A DNA stretch of 64,000 nucleotides from a virus: positions 14,782 to 78,781 of the IMG/VR virus record IMGVR_UViG_3300009509_000010. One strand, given 5' to 3'. The notes beneath the pieces are model-generated. The model did no database searches. It was given only the letters and a program-made list of their open reading frames with translations, and was not told the origin of the DNA. Positions 1 through 9,867 of the stretch are shown here, one piece after another; positions within the stretch are counted from its first letter, which is position 1; each line of letters begins with the position of its first letter. The position numbers were made by a program, and so were the translations under genes.

Positions 1-18
1 GGACGTGAGGGGTGCGGC

Positions 19-453
19 ATGATCGTTGCCATTGACCCCGGAAAGCATGCGAGCGGGTGGGCGGTGTTTATTGAGGGCAAGCTAATCTCGTGTGGTTTCA
101 CGAACGATTGGCGCCAAGTGTGGTGTAGCTATATGCGGTGCCCACCGTTGAAATTAGCCATTGTTGAGGCCCCTCGAGTTTATGACCGGCGGCGGTGGAA
201 AGGCGACCCCAACGACTTGATCGATATTTCGATCGCGGGTGGGATTTTGGGCGGGGCGTTGCGGCCAGAGGCAATCAAGGTGATCCGGCCCCAAGATTGG
301 AAAGGGCAAACGCCCAAGCGGGTGCAAGCGGATCGGACCTTGGCCAAGCTCACCGAGGCGGAGCTCGAGCAGGTCAAGGGGACCACCACGGCGAGCAAAA
401 TGCACAATGTGATTGACGCGGTTGGGATCGGTTTGTGGGAGCTCAAAAGATGA
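19..453 (+). CDS. RuvC-like Holliday junction resolvase
   Basis: N-terminal IVAIDPGKHASGWA RNase-H-fold motif, IVEAP Glu, PQDWKG and C-terminal NVIDAVGIG acidic motif. Confidence 0.75.
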   Translation: MIVAIDPGKHASGWAVFIEGKLISCGFTNDWRQVWCSYMRCPPLKLAIVEAPRVYDRRRWKGDPNDLIDISIAGGILGGALRPEAIKVIRPQDWKGQTPKRVQADRTLAKLTEAELEQVKGTTTASKMHNVIDAVGIGLWELKR

Positions 454-740
454 CGCTAAAGGCTGAGTTTGACCAAGAATCTTACGAGGACATGTTGGCC
501 ACGTTGCAAGTCACCCAAATGTCAGTCAAGGACTTGGCCGAGCGTTACGAGGTGACCGAGCGCACCATTTACCGATGGCTCACCTACGCAAAAAAAGACG
601 GTTGGGACATTATCAAACGAGGAACGAACCCGACCTTTTACCAAGTGGCGGTGCCAAATGTCGAATCTCACGATAGCAGAGCAGGCGGAGGTGATCCAAG
701 CGGCTGGCCCTCAGACACGGGACGCCCAAGCGAGCCTTGA
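450..740 (+). CDS. Winged HTH DNA-binding protein (HTH_11-like)
   Basis: SVKDLAERYEVTERTIYRWL HTH; ATG at 450 overlaps upstream TGA (ATGA). Confidence 0.7.
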   Translation: MTLKAEFDQESYEDMLATLQVTQMSVKDLAERYEVTERTIYRWLTYAKKDGWDIIKRGTNPTFYQVAVPNVESHDSRAGGGDPSGWPSDTGRPSEP

Positions 741-1281
741 TTTTATCCGCGACTACAAGATCCAAACCGGGTCCGACTTTGTTGGGGCGGTTCGGATGGT
801 GGCCGAGATAAAAGGCAAGTGGTCGGAAGTGGACGCAAAACGCAAACAATACACCTCAAAACTCGCCGAGCTCGTGGATCAATTCAACGGTGAGTTTAAA
901 CCGGGTCTCGAGGCGCTCAAGGAGGCCGAAAAAACGCTCAAGGACAAGCTCGGTGGTTTTGCCAAGGACCAAGCCGATCGGCGAGCTGCGACGCTTCGAA
1001 AAGCCTCCGCCGCGGCCGAGGCTGGAAACATTGCCGCGGCCGACGCATTGATCGCCGAGGCCGAAACTTGTGAGGTTCCCGAGGTCAAGGGATGCTCGAT
1101 CCGTGAGGTGTGGACGGGCGAGGTCGAGGACCCCGAGGCGATACCTCGTGAGTTTTTGATCCCGGACGAAAAACAACTCAAGGCAATCACCAAGGCGAAA
1201 AAATGCGATCCAAAAATTCCCGGGTGGCGGGCCTACCCCGAACCGTCGGTGACGATCACGGTTTCCAGGGTGCAAAGGTGA
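658..1281 (+). CDS. Coiled-coil phage protein, Gp157/Gam-like
   Basis: Long helical body and C-terminal VEDPEAIPREFLIPDEKQLK...IPGWRAY motif typical of Gp157-like proteins. Confidence 0.5.
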   Translation: MSNLTIAEQAEVIQAAGPQTRDAQASLDFIRDYKIQTGSDFVGAVRMVAEIKGKWSEVDAKRKQYTSKLAELVDQFNGEFKPGLEALKEAEKTLKDKLGGFAKDQADRRAATLRKASAAAEAGNIAAADALIAEAETCEVPEVKGCSIREVWTGEVEDPEAIPREFLIPDEKQLKAITKAKKCDPKIPGWRAYPEPSVTITVSRVQR

Positions 1282-1283
1282 CC

Positions 1284-1475
1284 ATGGTGGACTTGTCAGA
1301 TTTTGAGTTATCGAACCAAGACGCCCAACGGGCATTGGCCTCCTTGCAATCGAGTGGTCATAACGTGAGCTGCTCTTGTGGCCTTTGTCGAGCGGCTAGG
1401 CGTTTGATTGCGGCCTATCATCGATTGGCCAACCAAGAGGCCGCCGAAAAGGCAAAGGGAAATGGCCGAGGATAA
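1284..1475 (+). CDS. Small hypothetical protein (CxCxxC)
   Basis: ATG at 1284 just after upstream stop; HNVSCSCGLC. Confidence 0.45.
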   Translation: MVDLSDFELSNQDAQRALASLQSSGHNVSCSCGLCRAARRLIAAYHRLANQEAAEKAKGNGRG

Positions 1476-2208
1476 CAAGCTAAGCCGTAGGCAACAACTC
1501 GAGAAGTATATCGAGGGACTCCAACAAGGTCGAGCGGCCTCGGAGCTTCAAGCCGAGCTCGGGTTGACTACGGCGGCGTTCAATCAACTCAAGGAGGCCG
1601 CTCTTGGGACTGAGATTGATCGGCTCAAAAGTAACACCACCGAGCAGACCTATATTGAATATTGTTTGGCTCAACAAGGTTGCATCCGAGACCTAAACGA
1701 TCTTCTCGACCAATACCGCGAAGCCAAAAACGCATCGGCGATCGTGGGCGCCGTCAAGGCGCGGTCCGACATTATCGACAAAATGATCAAGCTCGGCCAA
1801 GATTTTGGCATTATCGAGCGCAAACCTCAGGAAAACCGGATCATTGCTGGCGTGGTGGTGACGCAACTAAGCAACGAGGAATTGCGGGCGGCGATCACCG
1901 ACCAAATCTCGAGCCTCAACAACTTGGTGACTGAATACGGGGACAAAAAGATCCAGGATATGAACCCGGGCGAGCTCTACCGCGAGATCGATAGGTCAAA
2001 CGTGATCGAGGCGAAGCTCGAGCCGACAAAGTCCGAACCCGAACCGCTCCAAGAGGTCGAAAGTGGCCGTCAACCGGCGGAGCCACCGGCCCCTCACCGG
2101 GCGTTACCACCACCACCGAGGCAACGAGACCAAACGGATAAAACCAACAGATCAAAGGCTAACAAGGTGCACAAAGGCCGCCGAGTTGTGAAGCCCCCAG
2201 GGCGGTGA
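1462..2208 (+). CDS. Probable terminase small subunit
   Basis: N-terminal HTH-like segment, helical NASAIVGAVKARSDIIDK..LG oligomerisation-like segment, basic tail; upstream of TerL. Confidence 0.5.
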   Translation: MAEDNKLSRRQQLEKYIEGLQQGRAASELQAELGLTTAAFNQLKEAALGTEIDRLKSNTTEQTYIEYCLAQQGCIRDLNDLLDQYREAKNASAIVGAVKARSDIIDKMIKLGQDFGIIERKPQENRIIAGVVVTQLSNEELRAAITDQISSLNNLVTEYGDKKIQDMNPGELYREIDRSNVIEAKLEPTKSEPEPLQEVESGRQPAEPPAPHRALPPPPRQRDQTDKTNRSKANKVHKGRRVVKPPGR

Positions 2209-2302
2209 TATTTCATGATCAAACCGGCCCCCAGCGTTTGCAGGTCCACCGGTCGAGCCGGATCAGTGACTGTCAAGGGGCCTATCACCGAGGAGTGAGA
2301 TC

Positions 2303-2602
2303 ATGGCAAGTAGTAACTCGCGAATTATGAGAGGTAGCGTCGTTGGGACGGGTGCTGATCTCGACGTTAAAACCGTAGGTTTTCGGCCCAAGTCGGTCAA
2401 AGTAGTAAACAAGGCAAGTGCCGACGAGGGTTATTGGCATGAACACATGGCCGACGATTCGGCTTTGAAGCGCCTTGCAGCCGGGACCGGTTCGATCATT
2501 ACGACCAACGGAATCACGCCGTTGGCCGCCGGTTTCCGTCTTGGAGCCGATACCGATCTCAATGTGGCCGGTGAGGTGGTCCTTTGGGAAGCCGCCGATT
2601 GA
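2303..2602 (+). CDS. Hypothetical beta-rich, likely virion protein
   Basis: Strong RBS GAGGAG; Gly/Thr/Val-rich 99 aa. Confidence 0.55.
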   Translation: MASSNSRIMRGSVVGTGADLDVKTVGFRPKSVKVVNKASADEGYWHEHMADDSALKRLAAGTGSIITTNGITPLAAGFRLGADTDLNVAGEVVLWEAAD

Positions 2603-2656
2603 TTGATCCGTGAACTCGACCGGGTGGGCGACCCCCACCCGGTCACGAGGTAAAGC

Positions 2657-3031
2657 ATGGCCAACGAAACTCAAGGGGCCCCGTATGCTGCCCCCAAGTA
2701 TTCCCGTCACCGAACCGCGGTGACCGCGGCCGACGCCGCCATAATGACCGATCGAAAGGTCGGTTGTAACTGCGAGGGTTACACCCACGCCCATATCCAG
2801 GTGATCCCAACTGGCGGAGCGAATCCGACGGTTGAGGTTTTGTGGTGGAGCGAGGCGGCGAGCAAATTTGTGGAGGACCACGTTTTGATTTCCAAGGCGG
2901 GCAAGGGTGCAAACGTCCCGTTTGAATTCACGGTTGATTGTAGGGGCCGGATCATGTTTGTCCGATTCGACCTATTAACGGCCGGGACTTGCGAGGTTAT
3001 GGTTTCAGGATTCCACACAAGTCAACTCTAG
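2657..3031 (+). CDS. Hypothetical beta-sandwich-like protein
   Basis: RBS GAGGT; 124 aa ORF abutting TerL. Confidence 0.55.
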   Translation: MANETQGAPYAAPKYSRHRTAVTAADAAIMTDRKVGCNCEGYTHAHIQVIPTGGANPTVEVLWWSEAASKFVEDHVLISKAGKGANVPFEFTVDCRGRIMFVRFDLLTAGTCEVMVSGFHTSQL

Positions 3032-3032
3032 T

Positions 3033-4499
3033 ATGGGCGAGCCGATCCCATTGTTACCTACCGGTGACAAGCTGGCCACGGCGGGCCGGGATGCATTGAT
3101 CGACTATTTCGATCATTGCAAATCAATGGCCAACGAGTGGATTTATCGCCAGGTGGTGGAAAACCAACGCGTTGATATTTTGGCCGCGATCCTTGGTTAT
3201 TCTGTTCAACCGTTTCACCTGGCCCTAATGAAGTTTCAGATCGAGCACCCGGACAATTTGCAGCTTTGTTTTCGAGGTGCGGGCAAAACCACCACGTGTA
3301 CCGTGACCCGGGCGATCTTTATGATGATCCGAAACCGGGACATCAGGATTTTGATCGCGAGCAAAACCAAGGGCAACGCCGAGGCTTTTTTGAAGGAGAT
3401 CAAGGGCCACCTCGAGGAAAATTCTCGGTTGATCGAGATCTTCGGGGCCTTTTACGATCCCAACTTGGTGGGTAAGTGGGACAATACCGAGATCGAGATC
3501 CTTGGCCGCAAACGCAAATCAAAAGAGAGCACGATCACGGTGGTTGGTGTTTCGGGCGCGGTCGTTTCAAAGCACTATGATGCGATCTTGGCCGACGATT
3601 TGGTGGATGAGGAAAACGCCCGAACCAAGTATATGCGGGACCGGACAAAGCAATGGTATTACCAGACCCTTTACCCTACGCTCGAGCCACCCGAGCTGGG
3701 CCACCTACACCGGGGCGAGTTTCACCGACTTGGAACACGATACCATTTTGACGATTTATGGGGCCACCTATTGGCCAACGAACTCAAGGACGATCACCAA
3801 ATCATCCCAGCGCTCGACGAAAAAGAGCGCTCGCCTTGGCCTGAAAAGTACCGTCCCGATTGGTTCAAAAAGAAACGCGAGATATCAGGGACGATTATTT
3901 TCAACGCACAATACCAGTGTGACACCGAGGCGATGAAAGGGGCGATCTTTCAATATGATGATTGCCAGCTCGTTGACGCCGATAACGTGCCTTTGAATCT
4001 CAAAAAGTTTATGGGGGTGGACCTCGCGATCACGGAATCGGAGCAAAACGACTTGTTTGTGATCGTGGTGGGTGGGTTTGATTCGGTCGAAAATTGTTAC
4101 GTGTTAGACTATTTCCAAGGTCACCTTCGTTTTGCGGCTCAGACATTGGCGATCAAACGGTACTACAAAAAACATGATCCGATCCGAGCGGCGATTGAGA
4201 CGAATAGTTACCAGGCGGCCCAATATCAACACCTGAAAGACGAAGATCAAAGCTTGCGTTTGATGCCTTGCCATACCGAAAAAGACAAAATTTCACGAGC
4301 TTGGAAATTGTCGTCGAGGTTCGAACGTAAGCAAATGTTTTTCGTCAAGGGTGGCAATATGCATCATTTGATCGAGGCGTTGGTTTTGTTTCCAAGCCAC
4401 CGCTACAAAGATCCGTTTGACGGGCTCGACCTCATGATCCGGGCGAGCAAGTTACGACGTCGCCGCAAACGGCGGGGTCGAGAGCCGGGGTTGATGTAA
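3033..4499 (+). CDS. terL: Terminase large subunit
   Basis: Walker A FRGAGKTT, Walker B ILADDLVDE, GTRYHFDD coupling motif, C-terminal RNase H nuclease MGVDLAI...DPFDGL. Confidence 0.93.
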   Translation: MGEPIPLLPTGDKLATAGRDALIDYFDHCKSMANEWIYRQVVENQRVDILAAILGYSVQPFHLALMKFQIEHPDNLQLCFRGAGKTTTCTVTRAIFMMIRNRDIRILIASKTKGNAEAFLKEIKGHLEENSRLIEIFGAFYDPNLVGKWDNTEIEILGRKRKSKESTITVVGVSGAVVSKHYDAILADDLVDEENARTKYMRDRTKQWYYQTLYPTLEPPELGHLHRGEFHRLGTRYHFDDLWGHLLANELKDDHQIIPALDEKERSPWPEKYRPDWFKKKREISGTIIFNAQYQCDTEAMKGAIFQYDDCQLVDADNVPLNLKKFMGVDLAITESEQNDLFVIVVGGFDSVENCYVLDYFQGHLRFAAQTLAIKRYYKKHDPIRAAIETNSYQAAQYQHLKDEDQSLRLMPCHTEKDKISRAWKLSSRFERKQMFFVKGGNMHHLIEALVLFPSHRYKDPFDGLDLMIRASKLRRRRKRRGREPGLM

Positions 4500-6250
4500 T
4501 GTCCGACGCACAAAACCAAACGAGCAACAAAGCCAACAAACGGGCTTTGAAGGCCACCATTATCGGCGTGCAAAAACAAGCGAAAACCTCGGTGGAGCCG
4601 GGACAGTCCAAGGCCCTCGCCGAGGACCCGTTCGAGGCGTTGACCTCCGAGGGGCGGCTGATCGAGCCCCCGTTCGATATGCTCACCTTGGCCATGTTGC
4701 CCGAACATTCGAGCGAGCTCGGCCAGTGTATTGAAGCAATGGAGGTGAATATCGAGGGGTTTGGTTATCGGTTTGTGCCCCGGATCCGCTCCGATGTCGA
4801 TATGGCCGACGTAAACCCCGATTTGATCGAGGCAATGCGCCGGGAACGGATCGATTTGGTCAACTTTTTTCAATACGTTTCGGGTCGAAACAGTTGGACC
4901 GAAACAAGGCGGCGGTTGCGGCGAGACCTCGAAACGACGGGAAACGGTTATCTCGAAGTGGTTCGCAATGCAGCTGGTAAAATCCAAAGCCTAAATCACT
5001 TGCCATCCTATCAAATGCGGCTTGGTGGCCTCGACCAGGAGCCCATAAAGGTGTCATTGCCGATCCACGAGCTCCAAGGGGATGGCTCGGTGCGGATCGT
5101 TCGGGTGCCCTCGTGGGAGCGGTTTCGACGATACGCCCAAAGCAGGTCGTTGATCCTTCGCCATGCCACACATGTGGGCAAGTATGCGATCCGGTGGTTC
5201 AAAGATTTTGGTGACCCCCGTGTTTATGATTACGAGACGGGCGAGGAGGTTAGGGGCGAGGAGATCGCCAAACTCCCACCGGAGCGGCGGGCCAACGAGC
5301 TGATCCACTGTAAGCTTTACAGCTCGAGGAGTCCCTATGGTTTACCCCGAACGATTGGCAACCTACTTTCGATCTTTGGAGCTCGAGCGGCTGAGGAGAT
5401 TAACTATAATACATTTAAATGCAATAATATCCCCAACATGTTGCTTTTGGTGTCAAACGGGCAGCTTACCGAGGGGTCGATCGAGCGAATTGAGGACTTT
5501 GTTGAATCCCAAATCCAAGGCTCAGACAACTACAGCAAATTTCTATTGATTGAGGCCGAGGCTCTTGGCGAGGAGGGCGAGGATACCGGACACGTCAAGA
5601 TCGCGATCGAAAAGCTGATCGACAGTCAACACAAGGACGCCTTGTTCCAAAATTACTCGGGCAACGCCGATGATCGGATCCGGCGGGCGTTTAGGTTGCC
5701 ACCGATTCACGTGGGCAAGGCGGACGAATACACCCGAGCCACCGCCGAGACCTCGCGAAGGTTGGCCGACGAGCAAATTTTTGCACCCGAGCGGGATGCC
5801 CATGACGATGTGATCAACCGGTTGGTGTTTCCCGACATGGGGGTGATTTACCACAAGTATAGGTCAAACACTCCAAACACCACCGACAACGCCGAGCTTG
5901 TGAAGATCCTTGCGGGTGCCGAAAAAACCGGCGGAATGACGCCGAGAATTGCCCGGATTATGCTCGAGGACATTTTGGGTCAGGATTTGCCCGGTTTCCC
6001 AAAGGAGTTTGTGGACAAAGCCGATATGCCATTTTCGCTTTTGATGGCCGAGGCGGTCAAAAACAAGGCCGACCCCACCGAGCCGGGCCAACAGGTGACG
6101 GCGATCAAGGCCCTCGACCTAATCGAAAAACTCACCGGCGGCGAGCTTGCCGAGGCCGAGGAGGCCGAGCTTGCAAAAACCGCGGTGGCGATCAATCGAC
6201 ATTTTGAAAAGCGGTGGCGAGCTGAGGTCAAAACGCAGCTTGCGGGATAA
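4499..6250 (+). CDS. Portal protein (PBSX/XkdE-like)
   Basis: Follows TerL with TAATG overlap; DLETTGNGYLEVVRN, PYGLP, AFRLPP motifs. Confidence 0.9.
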   Translation: MSDAQNQTSNKANKRALKATIIGVQKQAKTSVEPGQSKALAEDPFEALTSEGRLIEPPFDMLTLAMLPEHSSELGQCIEAMEVNIEGFGYRFVPRIRSDVDMADVNPDLIEAMRRERIDLVNFFQYVSGRNSWTETRRRLRRDLETTGNGYLEVVRNAAGKIQSLNHLPSYQMRLGGLDQEPIKVSLPIHELQGDGSVRIVRVPSWERFRRYAQSRSLILRHATHVGKYAIRWFKDFGDPRVYDYETGEEVRGEEIAKLPPERRANELIHCKLYSSRSPYGLPRTIGNLLSIFGARAAEEINYNTFKCNNIPNMLLLVSNGQLTEGSIERIEDFVESQIQGSDNYSKFLLIEAEALGEEGEDTGHVKIAIEKLIDSQHKDALFQNYSGNADDRIRRAFRLPPIHVGKADEYTRATAETSRRLADEQIFAPERDAHDDVINRLVFPDMGVIYHKYRSNTPNTTDNAELVKILAGAEKTGGMTPRIARIMLEDILGQDLPGFPKEFVDKADMPFSLLMAEAVKNKADPTEPGQQVTAIKALDLIEKLTGGELAEAEEAELAKTAVAINRHFEKRWRAEVKTQLAG

Positions 6251-7269
6251 TGCCAGTTGGAAACCTGTTCGATCAGGTCCGGGCCACCGACGAAACCGTG
6301 GCCAAGGCCCTCGGGATCTCCGAGGTGGCCCAGATTGCTCGAACAGAAACCAGGCTGAGGGAATACCTACTAGCCGAATGGAATAGCCGAGCTCGTGAGG
6401 CCGTAACCCAGGCGGCGGCGGGTGCTCGAGGAGGCGCAATCCCAAGCAAGATTTATCGGGAAGTGTCTGGAATTTTAAAGCCGTGGGGACCCGAGGTTGC
6501 CCCAAGGGTCGGGCGAGAGCTCGGAAAAATTTACCGGTTGGCCAAGGTGGCCGGATGGCGCAAGGCCACCGGGCAAACCAAGGCCCCATTGACGTATGAC
6601 ACACCCAATTTTGAACAAATGGCCAAGGCCGCACCTCGTGATGGTTTCGCGGTTTTGCCCACGTTTGACAAGCTCGACACCGACACAATTGACGCCCTAG
6701 CCAATCAACAAGTTTTTTGGCTCGCGGCCCACTACGAGGAAAACGTGGGCGCAATGATCGCCTCGACTGTCTCGGAGGTGATGGCCCAAGAGGGGAGAAA
6801 CCGTCAAGTTGCGGCGGCGGTTTTGCGGGAACGGCTAGCCGAAACCCTTGGGCAAGTGGTGACCCCGGCCGGGTGGCATGGGTCAACGCGGCAATATATG
6901 GAAGGGGTGGCCGCTAATGCTGCCACCGTTGGGCGTGCCTATGGCCAAGTGGCCGCGTTCAACGAGGCCGAGGTTATTCGCTACGAGATCGTCAACCCAA
7001 CCGACGAGCGAACATGCCCGGTTTGTTCGCACATGGATGGCAAGGTATTTTCGACCGAGCATGCAAACCGCCAAGTGGCGGCCGAGCTCGAGGCCGAAAA
7101 CCGGGAAGATATAAAGTCAATTCATCCGTGGTATACCTACGCTAAGCTAACCGATATCAGCCCCAAGGCGGGTAACGTGAGCCCCCAAGACTCCGCCGCG
7201 CTAGCCAAGGCCGGTTACCCGTTGCCACCGTTCCATTTTCGGTGCCGTTGCGCGATCGATGTGAGTTAG
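6250..7269 (+). CDS. Head morphogenesis protein (SPP1 gp7 / Mu F-like)
   Basis: DERTCPVCSHMDGK and C-terminal PPFHFRCRC motifs; follows portal. Confidence 0.88.
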   Translation: MPVGNLFDQVRATDETVAKALGISEVAQIARTETRLREYLLAEWNSRAREAVTQAAAGARGGAIPSKIYREVSGILKPWGPEVAPRVGRELGKIYRLAKVAGWRKATGQTKAPLTYDTPNFEQMAKAAPRDGFAVLPTFDKLDTDTIDALANQQVFWLAAHYEENVGAMIASTVSEVMAQEGRNRQVAAAVLRERLAETLGQVVTPAGWHGSTRQYMEGVAANAATVGRAYGQVAAFNEAEVIRYEIVNPTDERTCPVCSHMDGKVFSTEHANRQVAAELEAENREDIKSIHPWYTYAKLTDISPKAGNVSPQDSAALAKAGYPLPPFHFRCRCAIDVS

Positions 7270-7278
7270 GAGGCCACC

Positions 7279-9867
7279 ATGCAAACCTCGATTACCTCGA
7301 CTCGAAGGCGAGCCCGCCGGGCCCGCGTTGCCAAAACCATAACTACCGACGCGGTCGCCACAAGCGGCAAACTTGACGCCGCGAGTTTGCCCGGTGGTAG
7401 CGGGATCACCGAGTTGTTTGGTCTAGCCGTGACCAAAACCGCAGCGGACAAAATTTTTGCAGGTAAGGTCAAGGCGATTGCTAAAACCACCGATCACAAT
7501 TTTGCAGGCCAGTTAGTGTTGATGTTGGTCAAAGGGCAAGCGGTGGGCGAGGTGGAGTTTGGCGAGCGGCTCGACTCCAAAACGTGGGCCGTTAAAACCA
7601 CCAAGATTTTTGACCGGCCCAAGGCCACCAACGTGCCCGAGGCCGCCGAGGGTGTGGTGGGCGGGGTGCGGGTGCTCGAACGCCGCAAGGCGACATCAAT
7701 TGATGAGCCGGTAACAAAACAACGGGCTAGGGCCTACAACCCGAGCCGCGTGGTTGACCGGGTCCTTTTGTCTGACGTGCGAACCCTTGCCCAATGGGGC
7801 GAGGAGGTGGCGTTGAAAAAGGCCCTCGCCGAGGTAAAGCGCCGTGGTTTGGAGGTCGAGCGGCCCGATAAACTCGAGCTTGCCCCGGACAGTGAGATCG
7901 AAACCTTCGCCACCGTCGAGCTCGTGGCAGCTCACCAAGCGATCCATGTCAACAAGGGGTGGAGCTCCGAGGATATGGTGGGGACGCATGCCCGTATCGT
8001 GGCGGAGCTCGCCGATCGAGGCGTGCCACACCCCGAACCACCGCCGGGGTTGGATGCTCAATCGGTTGTTTTCGAGCCGGCCCGAGTGGCGGTTCTAAAA
8101 TCAGCGGCCGAGGAGGCCCTTGGGGAGATCGTGGCAGCGGTCGAGCGATACCCCGTGTTGGTCCACAAGCGGGTCGAGGGGCGGCCGGTTACGGTCAGCA
8201 AAGCCAAGGATCAGGTCAAGGTGGTGGCCGAGGACGGGGCCGATTTAACCGCCGAGGTTCCCGCGGTCGTTGAAACGATCCGAGCTCTCAAATCCGAGGC
8301 GGTGGAGCTCGAGGGGGTTCTCGAGCCATGGCATGGGGGCGAGGTTTTCCAGGTTCAAGATCTCAGCTATGACGGCCGAGACCTCCGGGATTGGCCCGTT
8401 AGCAAGCGGCTCGAGCGGCTCGCCGAGCTTGGGATCCCGCAAGCTACAAGCGCAATTCCGAGCTTGACGGCCCCCGTCAACGAGTTACCCCCGTTGGAGG
8501 CGACCACCGCCGAAACGCTCGAGCGGGCGATCCGTGTGGTCAAACGGTTGCCCGGTAGTGTTGGGGCCGTGGTCAAGCCCGCCGAGTCGGTGGACCCGGG
8601 CGAATGGTTGGAGCTCGAGGCCGAGCCCGTAACCAAGCTCGAATCAAAAGGCCCTCAAAAATTTGTATTGTGGGCAAATCAACTTTTGGTGGGCGACCGA
8701 GCGGGAAAATTGGCCGAGCGGTGGATCTTGGATTCCACCGACGTCGAGACCACCGAGCAAATCGCCAAACGGGCGGCCCCCGTTCCCAAGGATGCTTTGT
8801 CCGCCGGTGTCGGTGGGGTGACTGATCACGGTGAGGTCGAAACGGGGGCGGTCAAACCGTGGTTGCGGGAATATTTTTTGCGAGGCCAAACAACGGGCAA
8901 CCGGTTGTTGATCCGCAAGCTTACGTTTGGTGAGCTGCAAAAGGCCCAACATTCATACACCCAATGTATGGCATGCAAGGCGGCCCCCGAAATTGATGTT
9001 TTGTGGGCCGACGGGCGTGGGCGGGCGTGGTTTTGTAAGGGTTGTTATCCAAAGTGGCTCCACAAAGGGGGCGGCTCCAAAGACCTCGAGGTAATCGGTA
9101 CCAAAGCGATTATCGGCGGTCGAGCCCCAGCGAAGTATTCGGACCGTCATAATCGGGTGACAACTACCAAGGCCGCCGAGCCACACCCTCTCGGTGGTTG
9201 GCTTGTGGTGCGGGCAAAAGACCCGACGCCTTCGGTCCTTACCGGTGAGGCCGTAACCAAACGGTGGATCCCGCCGCTTGGTGTGTCAGCTTTGCCCGAG
9301 GTGGTGGCCGAGCAGGTGCCTACCGAGCTCGCCTATTGGCGGGCCCAGACATTGGCTGAGGCTCGAGAGCTCCGAGATCAGCTTGTGTCAAAGATCGACA
9401 CAAAGGAGATCGAGCTCGATTTGACCACAGTTTACACTGCCAAACCATCAAATCCGATCACCGAGGTGTCAACCAATGACACCGAGGGGACGGCGGATCT
9501 CTTTGTTCCTATTGCCAAAATTGACACCGACCGGCAAATTGTGACAGGGATTGTATTAGAGCCGGGCGAGGTTGATGCTCAAAACGACACCGTTAGCGAT
9601 GAAGTTATCGAGCGGGCCTCGATCAATTTTCTTTCCCGGTATAATTCCGAAACCCAGCTAGGTTTGATGCACAAGGCCTTTGGAGACATAGGCCTGCAAC
9701 TTGCCGCTAGTTGGGTAGCACTGACAAATCAAACGCTTGGCAAAAAGAAAGTTAAGCGGGGCTCGTGGCTGATGTCAATGAAGGTTATCGATTCGAAACT
9801 TTGGGAACGCGTCAAAAAGGGCGAGTTTACCGGATTTTCGATCGGTGGCGTGGCCAAGGTGCGTTAA
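7279..9867 (+). CDS. Multidomain head polyprotein: degenerate ATP-dependent ligase-like and LigD phosphoesterase-like regions, Zn finger, C-terminal XkdF-like prohead protease domain
   Basis: C-term IVTGIVLEPGEVDAQND...LMH...GSWLM...LWERVKKGEFTGFSIGG (XkdF type); mid HKRVEGRP..LEGVL..FQVQDLSYDGRDL..GAVVK resembles ligase motifs I/III/IIIa/IV. Confidence 0.75.
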   Translation: MQTSITSTRRRARRARVAKTITTDAVATSGKLDAASLPGGSGITELFGLAVTKTAADKIFAGKVKAIAKTTDHNFAGQLVLMLVKGQAVGEVEFGERLDSKTWAVKTTKIFDRPKATNVPEAAEGVVGGVRVLERRKATSIDEPVTKQRARAYNPSRVVDRVLLSDVRTLAQWGEEVALKKALAEVKRRGLEVERPDKLELAPDSEIETFATVELVAAHQAIHVNKGWSSEDMVGTHARIVAELADRGVPHPEPPPGLDAQSVVFEPARVAVLKSAAEEALGEIVAAVERYPVLVHKRVEGRPVTVSKAKDQVKVVAEDGADLTAEVPAVVETIRALKSEAVELEGVLEPWHGGEVFQVQDLSYDGRDLRDWPVSKRLERLAELGIPQATSAIPSLTAPVNELPPLEATTAETLERAIRVVKRLPGSVGAVVKPAESVDPGEWLELEAEPVTKLESKGPQKFVLWANQLLVGDRAGKLAERWILDSTDVETTEQIAKRAAPVPKDALSAGVGGVTDHGEVETGAVKPWLREYFLRGQTTGNRLLIRKLTFGELQKAQHSYTQCMACKAAPEIDVLWADGRGRAWFCKGCYPKWLHKGGGSKDLEVIGTKAIIGGRAPAKYSDRHNRVTTTKAAEPHPLGGWLVVRAKDPTPSVLTGEAVTKRWIPPLGVSALPEVVAEQVPTELAYWRAQTLAEARELRDQLVSKIDTKEIELDLTTVYTAKPSNPITEVSTNDTEGTADLFVPIAKIDTDRQIVTGIVLEPGEVDAQNDTVSDEVIERASINFLSRYNSETQLGLMHKAFGDIGLQLAASWVALTNQTLGKKKVKRGSWLMSMKVIDSKLWERVKKGEFTGFSIGGVAKVR

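Noticed and set aside
9811-9822. C AAA AAG as a -1 frameshift fusing polyprotein to scaffold
   Set aside because: Shifting here would drop the catalytic GFSIGG, and the TAATG coupling already explains the downstream ORF
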